A DNA stretch of 64,000 nt from an uncultured Nitrospinota bacterium (GTDB taxonomy: Bacteria; Nitrospinota; Nitrospinia; CAJXCL01), in contig CAYMVZ010000001.1 of NCBI GenBank assembly GCA_964394335.1, positions 7,360 through 71,359 of the forward strand, in the 5' to 3' direction. Below the pieces are notes generated by a model. The model was given only the letters and a program-made list of their open reading frames with translations. It made no database searches and was not told the DNA's origin. Shown here piece by piece: positions 31,287 through 42,597 of this stretch (position 1 is the stretch's first letter; each line of letters starts with the position of its first letter). Position numbers and translations under genes: made by a program.

Positions 31287-31590
31287 GGCAAAGCTGAGCT
31301 TAGCTCTGCCTTCCATGGCCTCAACTCGTTGGACGGCTTTCCTTCGGAAGCCGTCCAATTAGCTCCGCCCCGCTAAGCGTGGCTCCGCAGATTCGCCCAA
31401 AGGAGAGTAGCTACGAAGACTTGAATTCGGTTTCCCCTACTGAAAGTGTTTAGCGAGTGCATTCTCAGCAGCGTGCTGCGGGAATAGTGAGCGAACTTGA
31501 AATAAATTTATACTCTACACTGAAGCTTCTCTGTTGCTTGCTACGGAGAGCTTCAATTGTGGTTGTGACCCGTGGCCACTCTGCGATCTC
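31287..31590 (+). repeat. Long copy A of the modular dispersed repeat, upstream of the hut operon.
   Basis: ggcaaagctgagcttagctctgcc...gaaagtgtttagcgagtgcattc...gagagcttcaattgtggttg. Collinear with 37507..37728 plus an ~80 nt extra insert. Confidence 0.6.
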
Positions 31591-31688
31591 AGCGCTCCTT
31601 GCTGTGATTAATATCGACTCTTTCTTCAAATCTTCCAAAGGTTTTCCCTCATGATTTATGATAAAATTTAATCAGACTATCGTCTTTA

Positions 31689-33230
31689 TTGTTCAAATGG
31701 GAAAGCGATATGACTGAAAAATTTCAATATGGTCTTGATCAACTAACTATCACAAAAGCGCTTCAACTTGCAAGAGATGAAATGCAGGGAATTCTATCGG
31801 ATAAAGCCGTTTCAAATGTATCTAAAAGTTATGATGCGGTTCAAAAAATCGCTGAAGGAGAAAAACTTGTCTATGGCATCAATACCGGGCTTGGGTCTTT
31901 ATGTACCAGGAAAATTTCTAAAAAAGATATCAGAAAGCTCCAGGAAAACCTGTTAAAAAGTCATAGCGTAGGGGTGGGAGAACCTGTTACAAATGAACTC
32001 GCAAAACTCATGCTGATCCTGAAAGTTCATTCTCTCTGCTATGGTTATTCAGGAATTTCTCTCAAAGTCGTCGAAAGAATCTGCTGGCACATTGAACATA
32101 ATTGCATACCTCTGGTTCCCGCCCAGGGTTCCGTTGGAGCATCAGGTGACCTGGCGCCATTAGCTCACCTTTTTCTCTCTTTGCTCGGCCTGGGTATGCT
32201 CTCGGAAAACGGCAAAAACTATCTTCCTGCTCTGGATGTTTTGAAAACGCATCAACTTTCAGCTTTAACGCTGGGGCCCAAGGAGGGGGTGGCTTTAATT
32301 AATGGAACCCAGTTTATTTCAGCACATGCAATTGCAGTTTCCGAAAAGTTTGCTCGTTGCCTGGAGTATGCAGACCTTATTGGAGCACTCAGCCTGGAAG
32401 CGATGCTGGAATCTCATAAACCCTTTGTTGAAAAACTCCATCAGCTCCGGCCTCACCCCGGAGCACTAACCGTTGCAAAACGAATGAGAACAATTCTAAA
32501 AGGATCTCAAGTTGTTAAATCACATGAGCATTGCGGACGAGTTCAAGATCCCTACTCGGTCCGGTGCATCCCCCAGGTGCATGGCGCCTCCAGAGACGCT
32601 CTTGATCATCTTAATGAAAAACTGGTGTGTGAACTGAACTCGGTTACTGATAATCCTATCATCTTCAGTGCTGAAGACACAATAAGCGGTGGGAATTTTC
32701 ATGGCCAGCCTCTTGCCATGCCGTTGGATTACGTCAGCCTGGCGGCTTCAGAACTGGGCAGTATTTCCGAACGGCGCACTTACCTTCTTCTTGGAGGAGA
32801 TGCGGGTCTTCCAACGTATCTGATGAAAGAATCCGGGCTAAATTCAGGTTTTATGATTACCCAATACTGCGCTGCCGCCCTGGTCAGTGAAAATAAATCG
32901 AACTGTTTTCCTGCCAGTGCGGACAGTATTCCAACATCTATGGGGCAGGAGGATCATGTAAGTATGGGATCGATCAGCGGACGAAAAGCCCTGACCATTG
33001 TGAAGAACCTGGAGAAAATTCTTGCGATTGAACTATTGTGCTCGGCTCAAGCTTTTGATTTTAGAAGACCGGTTCAATCCAGTGAAATCCTTGAAAGGTT
33101 TCACTCTTCAATCCGAAAAAAAATACCTCATTTAAAAGAAGATACGGTAATGTCAGACTATATTGAAACGGCAACGAAATTTGTTTCAAATGATGATTTG
33201 TTTAAAGCAAGCATTAAGGAACTGTTATGA
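31689..33230 (+). CDS. hutH: Histidine ammonia-lyase.
   Basis: [12 protein letters not shown] (the Ala-Ser-Gly triad that autocatalytically forms the MIO cofactor); size. Confidence 0.9.
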   Translation: MFKWESDMTEKFQYGLDQLTITKALQLARDEMQGILSDKAVSNVSKSYDAVQKIAEGEKLVYGINTGLGSLCTRKISKKDIRKLQENLLKSHSVGVGEPVTNELAKLMLILKVHSLCYGYSGISLKVVERICWHIEHNCIPLVPAQGSVGASGDLAPLAHLFLSLLGLGMLSENGKNYLPALDVLKTHQLSALTLGPKEGVALINGTQFISAHAIAVSEKFARCLEYADLIGALSLEAMLESHKPFVEKLHQLRPHPGALTVAKRMRTILKGSQVVKSHEHCGRVQDPYSVRCIPQVHGASRDALDHLNEKLVCELNSVTDNPIIFSAEDTISGGNFHGQPLAMPLDYVSLAASELGSISERRTYLLLGGDAGLPTYLMKESGLNSGFMITQYCAAALVSENKSNCFPASADSIPTSMGQEDHVSMGSISGRKALTIVKNLEKILAIELLCSAQAFDFRRPVQSSEILERFHSSIRKKIPHLKEDTVMSDYIETATKFVSNDDLFKASIKELL

Positions 33231-34918
33231 GTTGTAAAATTGATTCAAAAACCTTTGAAACTTTTCTTTCTCAATACGCTTCACATCCTGTCTATAAAGC
33301 ACCGCGGGGAAACCAGCTTCATGCCAAATCATGGCAAACTGAAGCACCTCTAAGGATGCTTCTCAATAATCTTGATGAAGAGGTCGCGGAATCTCCAAAA
33401 GATCTGGTGATTTACGGAGGTACGGGTCAGGCGGCCAGAAACCCTGAAGCGTTGAAAAAAATAATCCAGTGCCTTTTATTGTTAGAGGAGAATCAAAGTC
33501 TTCTGATTCAGTCCGGTAAAGCGGTCGGCATCCTCAATACTGGTCCGGACTCACCCAGAGTATTTATCGCGAACAGCAACCTCGTTCCCCATTGGGCAAC
33601 TTGGGAACATTTCAATGAATTAAAAAAACGCGGGCTGATAATGTATGGTCAAATGACCGCGGGAAGCTGGATCTATATTGGGTCCCAGGGTATTGTTCAG
33701 GGAACTTTTGAAACCTTTTCCGCCTGTGCCAAAAAATATTTCGGAGGAACGCTTAAAAACCGGTTCCTGCTAAGTGGAGGTCTGGGAGGAATGGGTGGTG
33801 CGCAACCGCTCGCGGCAACCATGAGCGAAGCCGCGTTTTTGGGAGTGGATGTGGATGCAAGCAGAATTCAAAAAAGGCTCGATGCCCGATACCTTGACAA
33901 AATGACCCACTCTTATGAAGAAGCAAAATCCCTGATTTTAGAGGCAAAGGAAAAAGGAGCGTCTCTTTCCGTGGGATTAGTCGCCAATATTGCGGATATT
34001 GTACATCAGCTACTGAATGACAATATCCTTCCGGACGTGGTTACAGACCAAACCTCTGCTCACGATCCTCTCAACGGATATGTCCCCACAGGTCTGAGTT
34101 TGAAAGAGGCAATTGAACTTAGAAAAACCGATCCCGAACAATATCAGCAAAGATCTCTTAATACAATGGCAACACATGTCAGGGGAATACTTGAAATGCA
34201 GAAACAGGGAGCTGTCGCGTTTGATTATGGGAATAACCTGAGAGAATTTGCCAAACAGGGTGGGGAAAATGACGCGTTCAATATACCGGGGTTTGTTCAG
34301 GAGTATATACGTCCTCTATTTTGTGAAGGAAAAGGGCCCTTTCGCTGGGTTGCTCTATCGGGAGATCCAAAAGATATAGAAATGACCGACCGGGCTATAC
34401 TGGAAACATTCCCTGAAAACCGGCATCTGCATTTATGGATTAAAAAGGCTCAAGAGAAAATTGCATTCCAGGGACTACCCGCTCGAATCTGCTGGCTTGG
34501 ACTGGGAGAACGAGAAAAAGCAGGACTTGAATTCAACCGGCTTGTGAGAGAAAAAAAGATTTCTGCTCCTATCGTCATTGGCCGGGACCACCTGGATTGT
34601 GGTTCTGTTGCCTCACCGAACAGAGAAACTGAAGGGATGAAAGACGGTTCAGATGCAATTTCCGACTGGGCTATTCTGAATCTATTAACCAATGCTGCAT
34701 CAGGAGCTACATGGGTTTCCTTTCACCATGGAGGAGGAGTAGGAATCGGATATTCACAGCACGCTGGACTGGTTATTCTTGCGGATGGTTCCGAACGAGC
34801 GGAAAGTTGTCTTAAACGGACTCTATATAATGATCCTGCTACCGGAGTAATCAGACACGCGGATGCGGGTTATGAAAAAGCCATAAAAGTTGCAGAAGCG
34901 TTTGGATTAGCAATATAG
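33227..34918 (+). CDS. hutU: Urocanate hydratase.
   Basis: 563 aa; conserved urocanase blocks ([23 protein letters not shown]). Confidence 0.9.
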   Translation: MSCKIDSKTFETFLSQYASHPVYKAPRGNQLHAKSWQTEAPLRMLLNNLDEEVAESPKDLVIYGGTGQAARNPEALKKIIQCLLLLEENQSLLIQSGKAVGILNTGPDSPRVFIANSNLVPHWATWEHFNELKKRGLIMYGQMTAGSWIYIGSQGIVQGTFETFSACAKKYFGGTLKNRFLLSGGLGGMGGAQPLAATMSEAAFLGVDVDASRIQKRLDARYLDKMTHSYEEAKSLILEAKEKGASLSVGLVANIADIVHQLLNDNILPDVVTDQTSAHDPLNGYVPTGLSLKEAIELRKTDPEQYQQRSLNTMATHVRGILEMQKQGAVAFDYGNNLREFAKQGGENDAFNIPGFVQEYIRPLFCEGKGPFRWVALSGDPKDIEMTDRAILETFPENRHLHLWIKKAQEKIAFQGLPARICWLGLGEREKAGLEFNRLVREKKISAPIVIGRDHLDCGSVASPNRETEGMKDGSDAISDWAILNLLTNAASGATWVSFHHGGGVGIGYSQHAGLVILADGSERAESCLKRTLYNDPATGVIRHADAGYEKAIKVAEAFGLAI

Positions 34919-36160
34919 ATGAACAACTCGATTATAATAGGTCCTTTTAAACAAATCCTGACGATGGACAGGCTACCTGATTCCGGTCCCATTCGTGATG
35001 ACTCCCTTGAGATTATTTCCAACGGCAGTGTTTTGATTGAGAATCAAAACATTGTAAAAATTCTTCCCAAAAATAATTCTAAAAAAGCATCCCATTCCCC
35101 GGAGATTAAGGTTGATGAGCTTCAGGAGGATGCGGTTCTTATGCCGGGGCTCATTGACGCTCATACACATATCTGTTACGCGGGTACAAGAGAAGAGGAT
35201 TATGCAAGAAGGCTATCGGGAGAATCCTATCTTGAAATCGCGAAACAGGGAGGAGGAATTTTAAACACCGTTAGAAAAACAAGAGCCGCGTCGCAACAAG
35301 AGTTAGAACAAAGTCTAATGGAAAGAGCCCGAACCCACCTTCTCAGGGGTGTTACCACCTGTGAGGTGAAAAGCGGATATGGATTAACAAAGGACGCGGA
35401 ACTGAAAATGTTGAGAGCAATCCACGCTCTTAATCAAAAGGGAAGCCTGCCTGACTTAGTACCAACATGCCTGGCCGCCCATGTGAAACCTGAAGAGTTT
35501 CAGGATCATAATGAATATCTTAACTATATACTTCACGAATTATTACCCGCAATCAAATCCGAAAACCTGAGCGATAGAGTCGATATTTTTATAGAAGAGG
35601 GCGCTTTCAACCCGGAAATTTCCCTGAAATTTTTAAAACAGGCGAAAGCAAGTGGGTTTTCCGTCACCATTCACGCGGATCAATTTTCCAAAGGCGGTTC
35701 TGAAGTAGCTTCAAAAGTGGGAGCAATCAGTGCTGATCATCTTGAAACATCTGAAGATCGTGAGTTTGAAATGCTCAAATCGGCAAACGTTATTGCAAAT
35801 GTTCTGCCGGGAGCGTCCACAGGTTTGGGAATGCCCTTTGCGCCTGTTCGTAAGATGCTAAATGCGGGACTCACAGTTACAATTTCTTCCGACTGGAACC
35901 CCGGGTCCGCTCCCATGGGAGATCTGCTGACGCTGGCTTCCATGCTGGGTGCTGATAAAAAACTCACAACGGCAGAAACCCTTTCCGCATTGACAAATCG
36001 AGCGGCAAAAGCCCTGGAATTGAATGACCGGGGCCTAATCAAAACAGGATATCTTGCGGATATGATTGCCTATCCATGTAGCGATTATCGTGAGATATTG
36101 TATCATCAGGGTAGTTTGAAACCACATCGAATCTGGAAAAATGGGGAAAAAGTAAAATGA
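34919..36160 (+). CDS. hutI: Imidazolonepropionase.
   Basis: Amidohydrolase HTH motif (PGLIDAHTH); 413 aa; synteny. Confidence 0.85.
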   Translation: MNNSIIIGPFKQILTMDRLPDSGPIRDDSLEIISNGSVLIENQNIVKILPKNNSKKASHSPEIKVDELQEDAVLMPGLIDAHTHICYAGTREEDYARRLSGESYLEIAKQGGGILNTVRKTRAASQQELEQSLMERARTHLLRGVTTCEVKSGYGLTKDAELKMLRAIHALNQKGSLPDLVPTCLAAHVKPEEFQDHNEYLNYILHELLPAIKSENLSDRVDIFIEEGAFNPEISLKFLKQAKASGFSVTIHADQFSKGGSEVASKVGAISADHLETSEDREFEMLKSANVIANVLPGASTGLGMPFAPVRKMLNAGLTVTISSDWNPGSAPMGDLLTLASMLGADKKLTTAETLSALTNRAAKALELNDRGLIKTGYLADMIAYPCSDYREILYHQGSLKPHRIWKNGEKVK

Positions 36161-37200
36161 ACTTCAAACCACATTATAAACCACCAGACAAAAATAGATG
36201 GCAGGGGCGGGTTGACCCGGATGAAAACAGCTTGAGGCTGCATCAAGTTATTCAGTTTCTTGATCTCAAAGAACTTCATGTAACAGAGGTTGCAACCCAA
36301 TATTGTCAATCCACTGAAAAGTATAAAAAGATTGCGCTCATCGGATTTTGCTGTGATGAGGGAATCCGAAGAAACAAGGGAAGGACTGGCGCGAGGGAAG
36401 GCGCGAGTGCCATCAGAAAAGCGCTTGTTGATATACCGATACATTTTAATGAAAAAGAGACTCTGGTTTTGGACGCCGGTGATATCCTTTATAAAGAGAG
36501 CGCAATAACTTCCGGCGAACCCCTCCTCTCCACACAACTTGCCTTATCCACTGCAATTCAAATCTTATTATCCAACGGGTTTTTTCCTATCATTCTCGGA
36601 GGCGGGCATGAGGTTGCGTTTGGTCATTTTCATGGAATCCACTCCTTTCTTCACTCTCGTGAAAACAATAAACCAATAAAGAACATAGGGATTATAAATT
36701 TTGACGCTCATTTCGATCTGAGAGCTTTTCAAAATAACCGGGGAACTTCAGGAACGCCTTTTCTCCAAATCGCGAAATTATGCGGACAAGAGCAGTTTCA
36801 TTATCTTTGTCTTGGAATTCAAAAAACAGCAAACACAAAAAAACTTTTCCATACTGCCGAAGAATTAGGAGTTCAATATATTATTGCGGATGAGATTAAT
36901 GAAAGGGAGCGGCAAACGGAAATTATAACTAAAATCGAAACCTTTATTCAAAAAAATGAATTCATTTACCTGACTATCTGTCTCGATGTTTTTGATTCCG
37001 CCTTTGCCCCGGGAGTCAGTGCACCGGCTTCAAACGGTCTGGTTCCTCAATATTTTTTCCCTATCATGAAGAAAATATTAAGTTCAAATAAGGTCATAGG
37101 TATGGATGTAGCTGAGTTATCTCCCGCACATGACATTGATCAACACACAGCCAAACTGGCTTCTTTGATATTTTTTAATTTAATATCAGAATCTCTATAA
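36157..37200 (+). CDS. hutG: Formiminoglutamase (arginase family).
   Basis: GGGHEVAFG, DAHFDL and SLDVFD manganese-ligand motifs; end of the hut operon. Confidence 0.8.
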   Translation: MNFKPHYKPPDKNRWQGRVDPDENSLRLHQVIQFLDLKELHVTEVATQYCQSTEKYKKIALIGFCCDEGIRRNKGRTGAREGASAIRKALVDIPIHFNEKETLVLDAGDILYKESAITSGEPLLSTQLALSTAIQILLSNGFFPIILGGGHEVAFGHFHGIHSFLHSRENNKPIKNIGIINFDAHFDLRAFQNNRGTSGTPFLQIAKLCGQEQFHYLCLGIQKTANTKKLFHTAEELGVQYIIADEINERERQTEIITKIETFIQKNEFIYLTICLDVFDSAFAPGVSAPASNGLVPQYFFPIMKKILSSNKVIGMDVAELSPAHDIDQHTAKLASLIFFNLISESL

Positions 37201-37506
37201 TAATTTAACCGCGGAGTACGCAGAGGAAAAAAATTTTTTTTATTCGTATTAATTTCAGCGTCCTCCACGTCCTCTGCGGTTAAGAACTTTGGGCGGAAGC
37301 CCTTTGGGTTGCGACAACTTGCCGCTCTATGTTATTCTGTATTACAAACTTGTTAAATTGTGTTTTTATAGCAAAGCTGAGCTTAGCTCTGCAAAGTTTT
37401 TTAATACACCCCGTCCCGGCGGGACACCCCTCTTGTTAGAGGGGAATTCTCTTCCTAAATTCCCCCTTAAAAAAGGGGGATAGAGGGAGTTGTAATTTTG
37501 ATTATC

Positions 37507-37728
37507 GGCAAAGCTGAGCTTAGCTCTGCCATACATGGCCTCAACCCTTCGGGCGGCTTTCCTTAGGAAACTGCCCAATTCGGTTTTCCGTACCGAAAGT
37601 GTTTAGCGAGCGCATTCACCGCAGCTTGCTGCGGGGTTAGCGAGTGAACTTAAAATAAAATCATACTCTACACTGAAGCTCTGCTACGAGGAGCTTCAAT
37701 TGTGGTTGCGGCCCTGCCGCTCTGCGGT
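37507..37728 (+). repeat. Long copy B of the modular dispersed repeat, downstream of the hut operon. Partial fragments also at 37275..37290 and 37370..37395.
   Basis: Collinear with 31287..31590 and shares all modules. Confidence 0.6.
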
Positions 37729-37752
37729 TAATAAGAAAAAGTATTTATAAAT

Positions 37753-38769
37753 ATGAAAACTGCAAAACAAAATTATCAAATCATCAAGGAGCTGGAATCT
37801 AAAGCAATAGAAAACCGGCCGCTTGATAATGAAGAAGCTGTTTTTCTCTCCAACCTGAATGACCAGGATATTTTTGACCTAATTGCTTCTGCTAACCGTA
37901 TCAGGGAAAAGTTTAAAGGTAAAAAAATCAGTCTTTGTTCTATTGTAAACGCAAAGTCAGGACGCTGTCAGGAAAACTGTATTTTTTGTTCCCAATCTAT
38001 CCATTTTAAAACAAACATTGATGAATACCCTTTGATTAATAGTGAAGAGATACTTCAAAAGGCTGATGAAGCCTTAAGCCATGGAGCTCAGAAGTTTGGA
38101 ATAGTTACAAGCGGCAAGACACTTAGCACAGAGCAGGAATTAAATGAAATCTGCAAGACCATTAAAACACTTAAAGAAGACGGCAAAATCCACCGTTGTG
38201 CTTCACTCGGAATGTTAGGCCGTGTCGAATTAATAAAACTAAAAGAAGCGGGTCTTGAAGAGTATCATCATAATCTCGAGACCGCGCGAAGTTATTTCCC
38301 GAAAATTTGCACAACACATAACTATGAAGAAGACGTCGAGACAGTAAAGACAGCAAAATCCATCGGCCTCAGAACCTGCTGCGGTGGAATTTTTGGATTA
38401 GGCGAGTCTCCTGAACAGCGAATAGAGTTAGCTTTTACATTAAGAGAATTAGACGTCGATTCCGTGCCGATAAATTTTTTGCATCCCATTAAGGGAACCG
38501 GGACAGAAAACCTTCCTCCATTAAAGCCGCTTGAGATTCTAAAGATCATTGCCATCTATCGTTTTCTACTCCCCGCGAAAGACATAAAAATTGCGGGGGG
38601 GAGAGAGCATAACCTGAGAGATTTTCAATCAATGATCTTCGCCGCCGGAGCAAATTCTACCATGGTAGGAAATTACTTGACTACCAAAGGCAGGGCTTAT
38701 CAGGACGATTTACAGATGATCAAAGACATGGGCTTAGAACCGGTCTCCAATGGATTTAAAATCTCTTAA
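37753..38769 (+). CDS. bioB: Biotin synthase.
   Basis: Radical SAM CQENCIFCSQ; 338 aa. Confidence 0.9.
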   Translation: MKTAKQNYQIIKELESKAIENRPLDNEEAVFLSNLNDQDIFDLIASANRIREKFKGKKISLCSIVNAKSGRCQENCIFCSQSIHFKTNIDEYPLINSEEILQKADEALSHGAQKFGIVTSGKTLSTEQELNEICKTIKTLKEDGKIHRCASLGMLGRVELIKLKEAGLEEYHHNLETARSYFPKICTTHNYEEDVETVKTAKSIGLRTCCGGIFGLGESPEQRIELAFTLRELDVDSVPINFLHPIKGTGTENLPPLKPLEILKIIAIYRFLLPAKDIKIAGGREHNLRDFQSMIFAAGANSTMVGNYLTTKGRAYQDDLQMIKDMGLEPVSNGFKIS

Positions 38770-38772
38770 AAT

Positions 38773-38900
38773 CGGGCTGTCCGAGAACAATGAAAGGGAG
38801 CATGTTGTCATTCTGAGCGATGCGAAGAATCTCATGTTTTCAATACGTTGCCAGTAGGAGATTCTTCGGCAAAGCCTCAGAATGACATTTTCGGACAGTC
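38773..38900. repeat. MITE-like long imperfect palindrome with TGTCATTCTGAGC...GCTCAGAATGACA arms.
   Basis: gggctgtccgag...tgtcattctgagcgatgcgaagaatctc // gagattcttcggcaaagcctcagaatgaca...tcggacagtc. Confidence 0.5.
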
Positions 38901-38948
38901 TAATATCAGGATTAGAGTTCATCATAGGAGTGTTAATCCCTAGTGTAC

Positions 38949-38985
38949 TCGCCCCTTATGTCATTCTGGTTCCCAATCAAGTTGG
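38949..38985. repeat. Small palindromic element atgtcattc-tgg-ttcccaa tcaag ttgggaa tgacat (same TIR family).
   Basis: Reverse-complement symmetry seen directly. Related copies at 3458..3475, 40713..40752 and 42246..42276. Confidence 0.45.
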
Positions 38986-39211
38986 GAATGACATTACCTG
39001 ATCGGGAATCTAGTTGAGCACTGATCGCTGGGGTTCGTTATTCTCCTTGGTCTTACCTGCCTGTGTTAATTCGTACCCCCATTGCAGAATTGCAAAAATA
39101 TCAGCCTATATTGGATAAATTTGCAATATCGCATTATAATCAATGGTTATAACTCCTAATTCAATAGCAAAATCACTTGACAAAAGATGTCATACATTGT
39201 AAACATGCCGT

Positions 39212-39481
39212 ATGGTTTTCTATGAAAGTGAAATCAAAAAGGCCGTAAAAAAAGGAACTATCCCCAAAAATGTATTTAAAAGATTTGATAATGTGTTTAT
39301 TTCTTTAGATATTACAAATGATTTAGCTCTTTTTGATATTAAAAAATTAAAGTCATCGGGGGAAAAAACTTACTATCGATTGAGGAAAGGAAAGTATAGA
39401 GCTTTTTTTTTGTCGAAAAGAAAAATTACTATGTAATTTCATTAGCTAAACGCGAGGAGGTATATAAAAAATGGGGGTAGT
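39212..39481 (+). pseudogene. RelE/ParE-superfamily (BrnT-like) toxin gene disrupted by a -1 frameshift in a T9 homopolymer (39403..39411).
   Basis: Annotated frame ends ...YRLRKGKYRAFFLSKRKITM. Adding one T gives ...YRAFFFVEKKNYYVISLAKREEVYKKWG, matching the conserved RelE C-terminus and overlapping the antitoxin start. Confidence 0.5.
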
Positions 39482-39689
39482 TTCGGTTAGATTTAACAAA
39501 GAGGAAGAAAAAATAATAAAAAAACTGTCGGACCATTTTCATGCTGATAAGTCAGCATTAATAAAAAAATCCTTATATGAGCTTTATGAAAATATGGAGG
39601 ATATTAGTATAATAAAAAAATATGAGGCAAAAGAGAAAAAAGGGAAAGTTGCATTTTTCACTGCTGATAAGATTTTAACGCATGATTAA
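39471..39689 (+). CDS. Ribbon-helix-helix antitoxin (BrnA/CopG-like).
   Basis: VSVRFNKEEEKIIKKLSD...KSALIKKSL RHH pattern, immediately downstream of the toxin. Confidence 0.5.
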   Translation: MGVVSVRFNKEEEKIIKKLSDHFHADKSALIKKSLYELYENMEDISIIKKYEAKEKKGKVAFFTADKILTHD

Positions 39690-39894
39690 AAGGTAAGGAG
39701 TTATAACCATCGCATCAAGACAGACGTGAAACAGCTTGTCGCCGTTCTATGCTTTGTCAGCTATCAAAGCTTTTCTGATATTCTATCGCATTCCAGTTAA
39801 GTTTCACGCTGCCTACGCGTGTCGTTAGATAAAAGGGGTCATCTTTCCTTGACTACATATATTTTAAAGCAGCAGTCAAATATCAATAAATCAG

Positions 39895-39925
39895 TTGTCG
39901 GGTGTCAGGTGTCAGGTGTCAGGAA
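39895..39925. repeat. Tandem heptamer repeat gtcRggt x4. A related degenerate copy is at 42296..42325.
   Basis: tcgggtgtcaggtgtcaggtgtcagg. Confidence 0.4.
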
Positions 39926-40051
39926 AAAATTTTCAATTTACAGTTATATCAAAAAGTCTCAAGTCTGTTTTTGACTCTATGGCAACGAAAAAAAGCCAGA
40001 AAATGCTTGCCACCTTCCGGCTCTTAGAAATTTAGTTTTGCTGAGGAATAA

Positions 40052-40450
40052 TTAGCGGTTTCCACGTCCTCCGCCAGGCCTGTCACGACGGCTCCCGCCA
40101 AAATCGCCACGTTTCTTGCCGCCACCAGGTCCGCCACCAGGTCCACCTCCACGTCCGCCACCGTAACCGCTTCTTTGTCCAACATATCCACCTGGTCGTT
40201 TACCCTTGGACTTTGGACGCGCTTCATTGACGGTAATAGTCTTACCACCCAGGTCAGTACCATTAAGTCCTTCAATGGCTTTCAAAGCCTCTTCCTTTTC
40301 AGGCATCTCCACAAAACCAAAACCTTTGGAACGGCCGCTATCTCGATCCACAATAATAGTTGCGGATTCAACTTTCCCATAAGTTTCAAAAGCGGCTTTC
40401 AGCTCGTCTTCTTTCAACTCGTAGCTAAGAGCACCAACAAATATTCTCAC
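40052..40450 (-). CDS. RRM-type RNA-binding protein with a glycine-rich C-terminus. GTG start with an upstream GGAGGG SD; the 165 aa track ORF is over-extended.
   Basis: RNP-2 IFVGAL and RNP-1 KGFGFVEM. RGG/G-rich tail. Confidence 0.8.
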   Translation of the reverse strand: MRIFVGALSYELKEDELKAAFETYGKVESATIIVDRDSGRSKGFGFVEMPEKEEALKAIEGLNGTDLGGKTITVNEARPKSKGKRPGGYVGQRSGYGGGRGGGPGGGPGGGKKRGDFGGSRRDRPGGGRGNR

Positions 40451-41066
40451 TATTTCCCTCCCTTTTTTTTGCCATAGTTCAGTCGAATCAAAAGTCTGTC
40501 CATGGCGTTGAAACATATATTGATGGCATCTTCTTTTTGCGGATACCATCCCTTAACCGTACTTTCATTCTATCAGAGGCGGGATCTAAAATCAAAAAAG
40601 GTTAATTTTTCAAAAAAGGAGGTTCAGAGCAACTGGCATTACTGCAAAAAATTTTCATAGCAAATCTCTAAAATGCCATTTACTAAGAGGAGCACAAAAT
40701 AGTTTACTCTGGATTCCCGATCAAGTCGGGAATGACAATTGTGTCATCCTTACTATCATTCCCGCTTAAGCGGGAATCTATCTTCTAATAGTTCAGTTGA
40801 AAAAATGTAAATAATAATATGCTTTCCTTAGTATATTTTTCTTCTTTGGATACATGATCAAGCTTGCAGGGCAAATTTATTAAAACTATATCTATCAAAT
40901 CATTTAGTCCTTATTTGTTTTTTAAAACCAAAATGGAGATATTGATTATGTCACGTTGTTATGATTGAATAGTTCAATGCCCACTGCGTATATTAATATC
41001 ACTACAAATTTATTATTAATAATTCTTAGCTTGGTCCGACACTAAACATAGTGTCTCAGTGTAGTC

Positions 41067-42197
41067 ATGAGTAGATTTCAACCCCTTTTATATTTGGTTG
41101 CCCTGTTTCTTAGCAGTAGCTGTACAGTTTATCCGAATCCTAACATAGGAAAAGCCCTTTATATTGGCGATGAGGTTCTAAAGGATTATCGCCCAACGAC
41201 AACACTGGTAACCGAAAAACATCTTATTTCAAAGGCAAAATACCCTGTTGTCGATATTCACACTCACTTTGGTCTTGACCAGGATCCAGAAGCAATATTG
41301 CGTTCAATGGATGCTTTAGGTGTAAAACGTGTAGTTAATTTGAGCGGCGGTTGGGGTGAAAAGCTTGACAAAATTCTTCAGAAGTTTAAAAATTCTGCCC
41401 CAGAACGTTTTATTATCATGTGTAATATAGATTTTTCCCGAATAGATGAAGCAGATTTCGGGAAAAAAATGTCGACATTCTTAGAAGAAGCCCACTCCAA
41501 AGGCGCGGAAGGATTGAAAATCTTCAAGAGTCTTGGTTTAAGCATCAAAGATAAATCAGGCAAGATTGTACCAGTTGATGATCCTCGTTTAGATGCGATC
41601 TGGACGAAAGCGGGAGAATTGGGGATGCCTGTTCTCATCCACGTAGCTGATCCGGCAGCTTATTTTGAGCCAATTGATCGCTTCAATGAACGTTGGCTGC
41701 AACTGAAACGTCATCCGGACTGGAGTTTTTATGGAAATGAGTTTCCATCAAAAGATTCGATTTTGAAGCAAAGAAATAATGTTATTGCTAAGCATCCCAA
41801 CACCTTATTTATAGGGGCTCACATTGGGAACAGCGCAGAGGATTTGAAATATTTATCGGAACTGCTTGATAAATATTCAAACTTTTATGTCGATATCTCT
41901 GGCAGAGTGGCAGAATTGGGAAGACAACCTTATTCAGCACGGAAATTTTTCATTAAGTACCAGGATCGTATTTTATTCGGAACAGATCGTTACCCCGGTA
42001 AAACCGTCCAACCAAGGTACAAAATATATTACCGATTTTTAGAGACTGCAGATGAATATTTTGATTATTACAAACATCCATTCCCGCCTACCGGCGAGTG
42101 GAAGATTTATGGTATATTCCTGCCGGATAAAGTATTGCGGAAGTTGTACTCTGAAAACAGCGAAAAAATATTCAAATATGATGCGGTTTCCCATTAG
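41067..42197 (+). CDS. Lipoprotein of the amidohydrolase-2 (TIM-barrel metal-dependent hydrolase) family.
   Basis: Lipobox LFLSSSC. VDIHTHFG metal-binding start; 376 aa. Confidence 0.6.
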   Translation: MSRFQPLLYLVALFLSSSCTVYPNPNIGKALYIGDEVLKDYRPTTTLVTEKHLISKAKYPVVDIHTHFGLDQDPEAILRSMDALGVKRVVNLSGGWGEKLDKILQKFKNSAPERFIIMCNIDFSRIDEADFGKKMSTFLEEAHSKGAEGLKIFKSLGLSIKDKSGKIVPVDDPRLDAIWTKAGELGMPVLIHVADPAAYFEPIDRFNERWLQLKRHPDWSFYGNEFPSKDSILKQRNNVIAKHPNTLFIGAHIGNSAEDLKYLSELLDKYSNFYVDISGRVAELGRQPYSARKFFIKYQDRILFGTDRYPGKTVQPRYKIYYRFLETADEYFDYYKHPFPPTGEWKIYGIFLPDKVLRKLYSENSEKIFKYDAVSH

Positions 42198-42597
42198 CAG
42201 ACAGCTATGAGCGGTTAGAGTTCAGCTTAATACGCAATGACATGGCACAGCTAAGCTTTGTCATTCTGTCAAAAAAATTCAGCATTACGCACCCCGCTAT
42301 ATCAGTTGTCAGATGTCAGTTGACAGGGATCAGGAATTGAATAGAGCAATCAACTTTCAGCAAAATCCTACCGAGAAGGGAATACACCCTTTTTCCTGCT
42401 CCGCAGAAGACCTGATAATAATTATAAAGGATTTTACTATTCAAAAAAAAAACAAAACACTACATATTGTAGTTTCTTTTTTTTTTTATACAATTTGTAG
42501 TGTTTTTTTATTTACTTTTTAAATTTAAGCCATATAATTAGTAAATTAGCTGTAAAAAAAATTATCTTTCTTACACAATAAAATAGAGGGGAAAACA

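Noticed and set aside
39895-39925. CRISPR array.
   Set aside because: Only four 7-nt tandem units with no spacer structure and no cas genes; nothing CRISPR-like elsewhere in the window.
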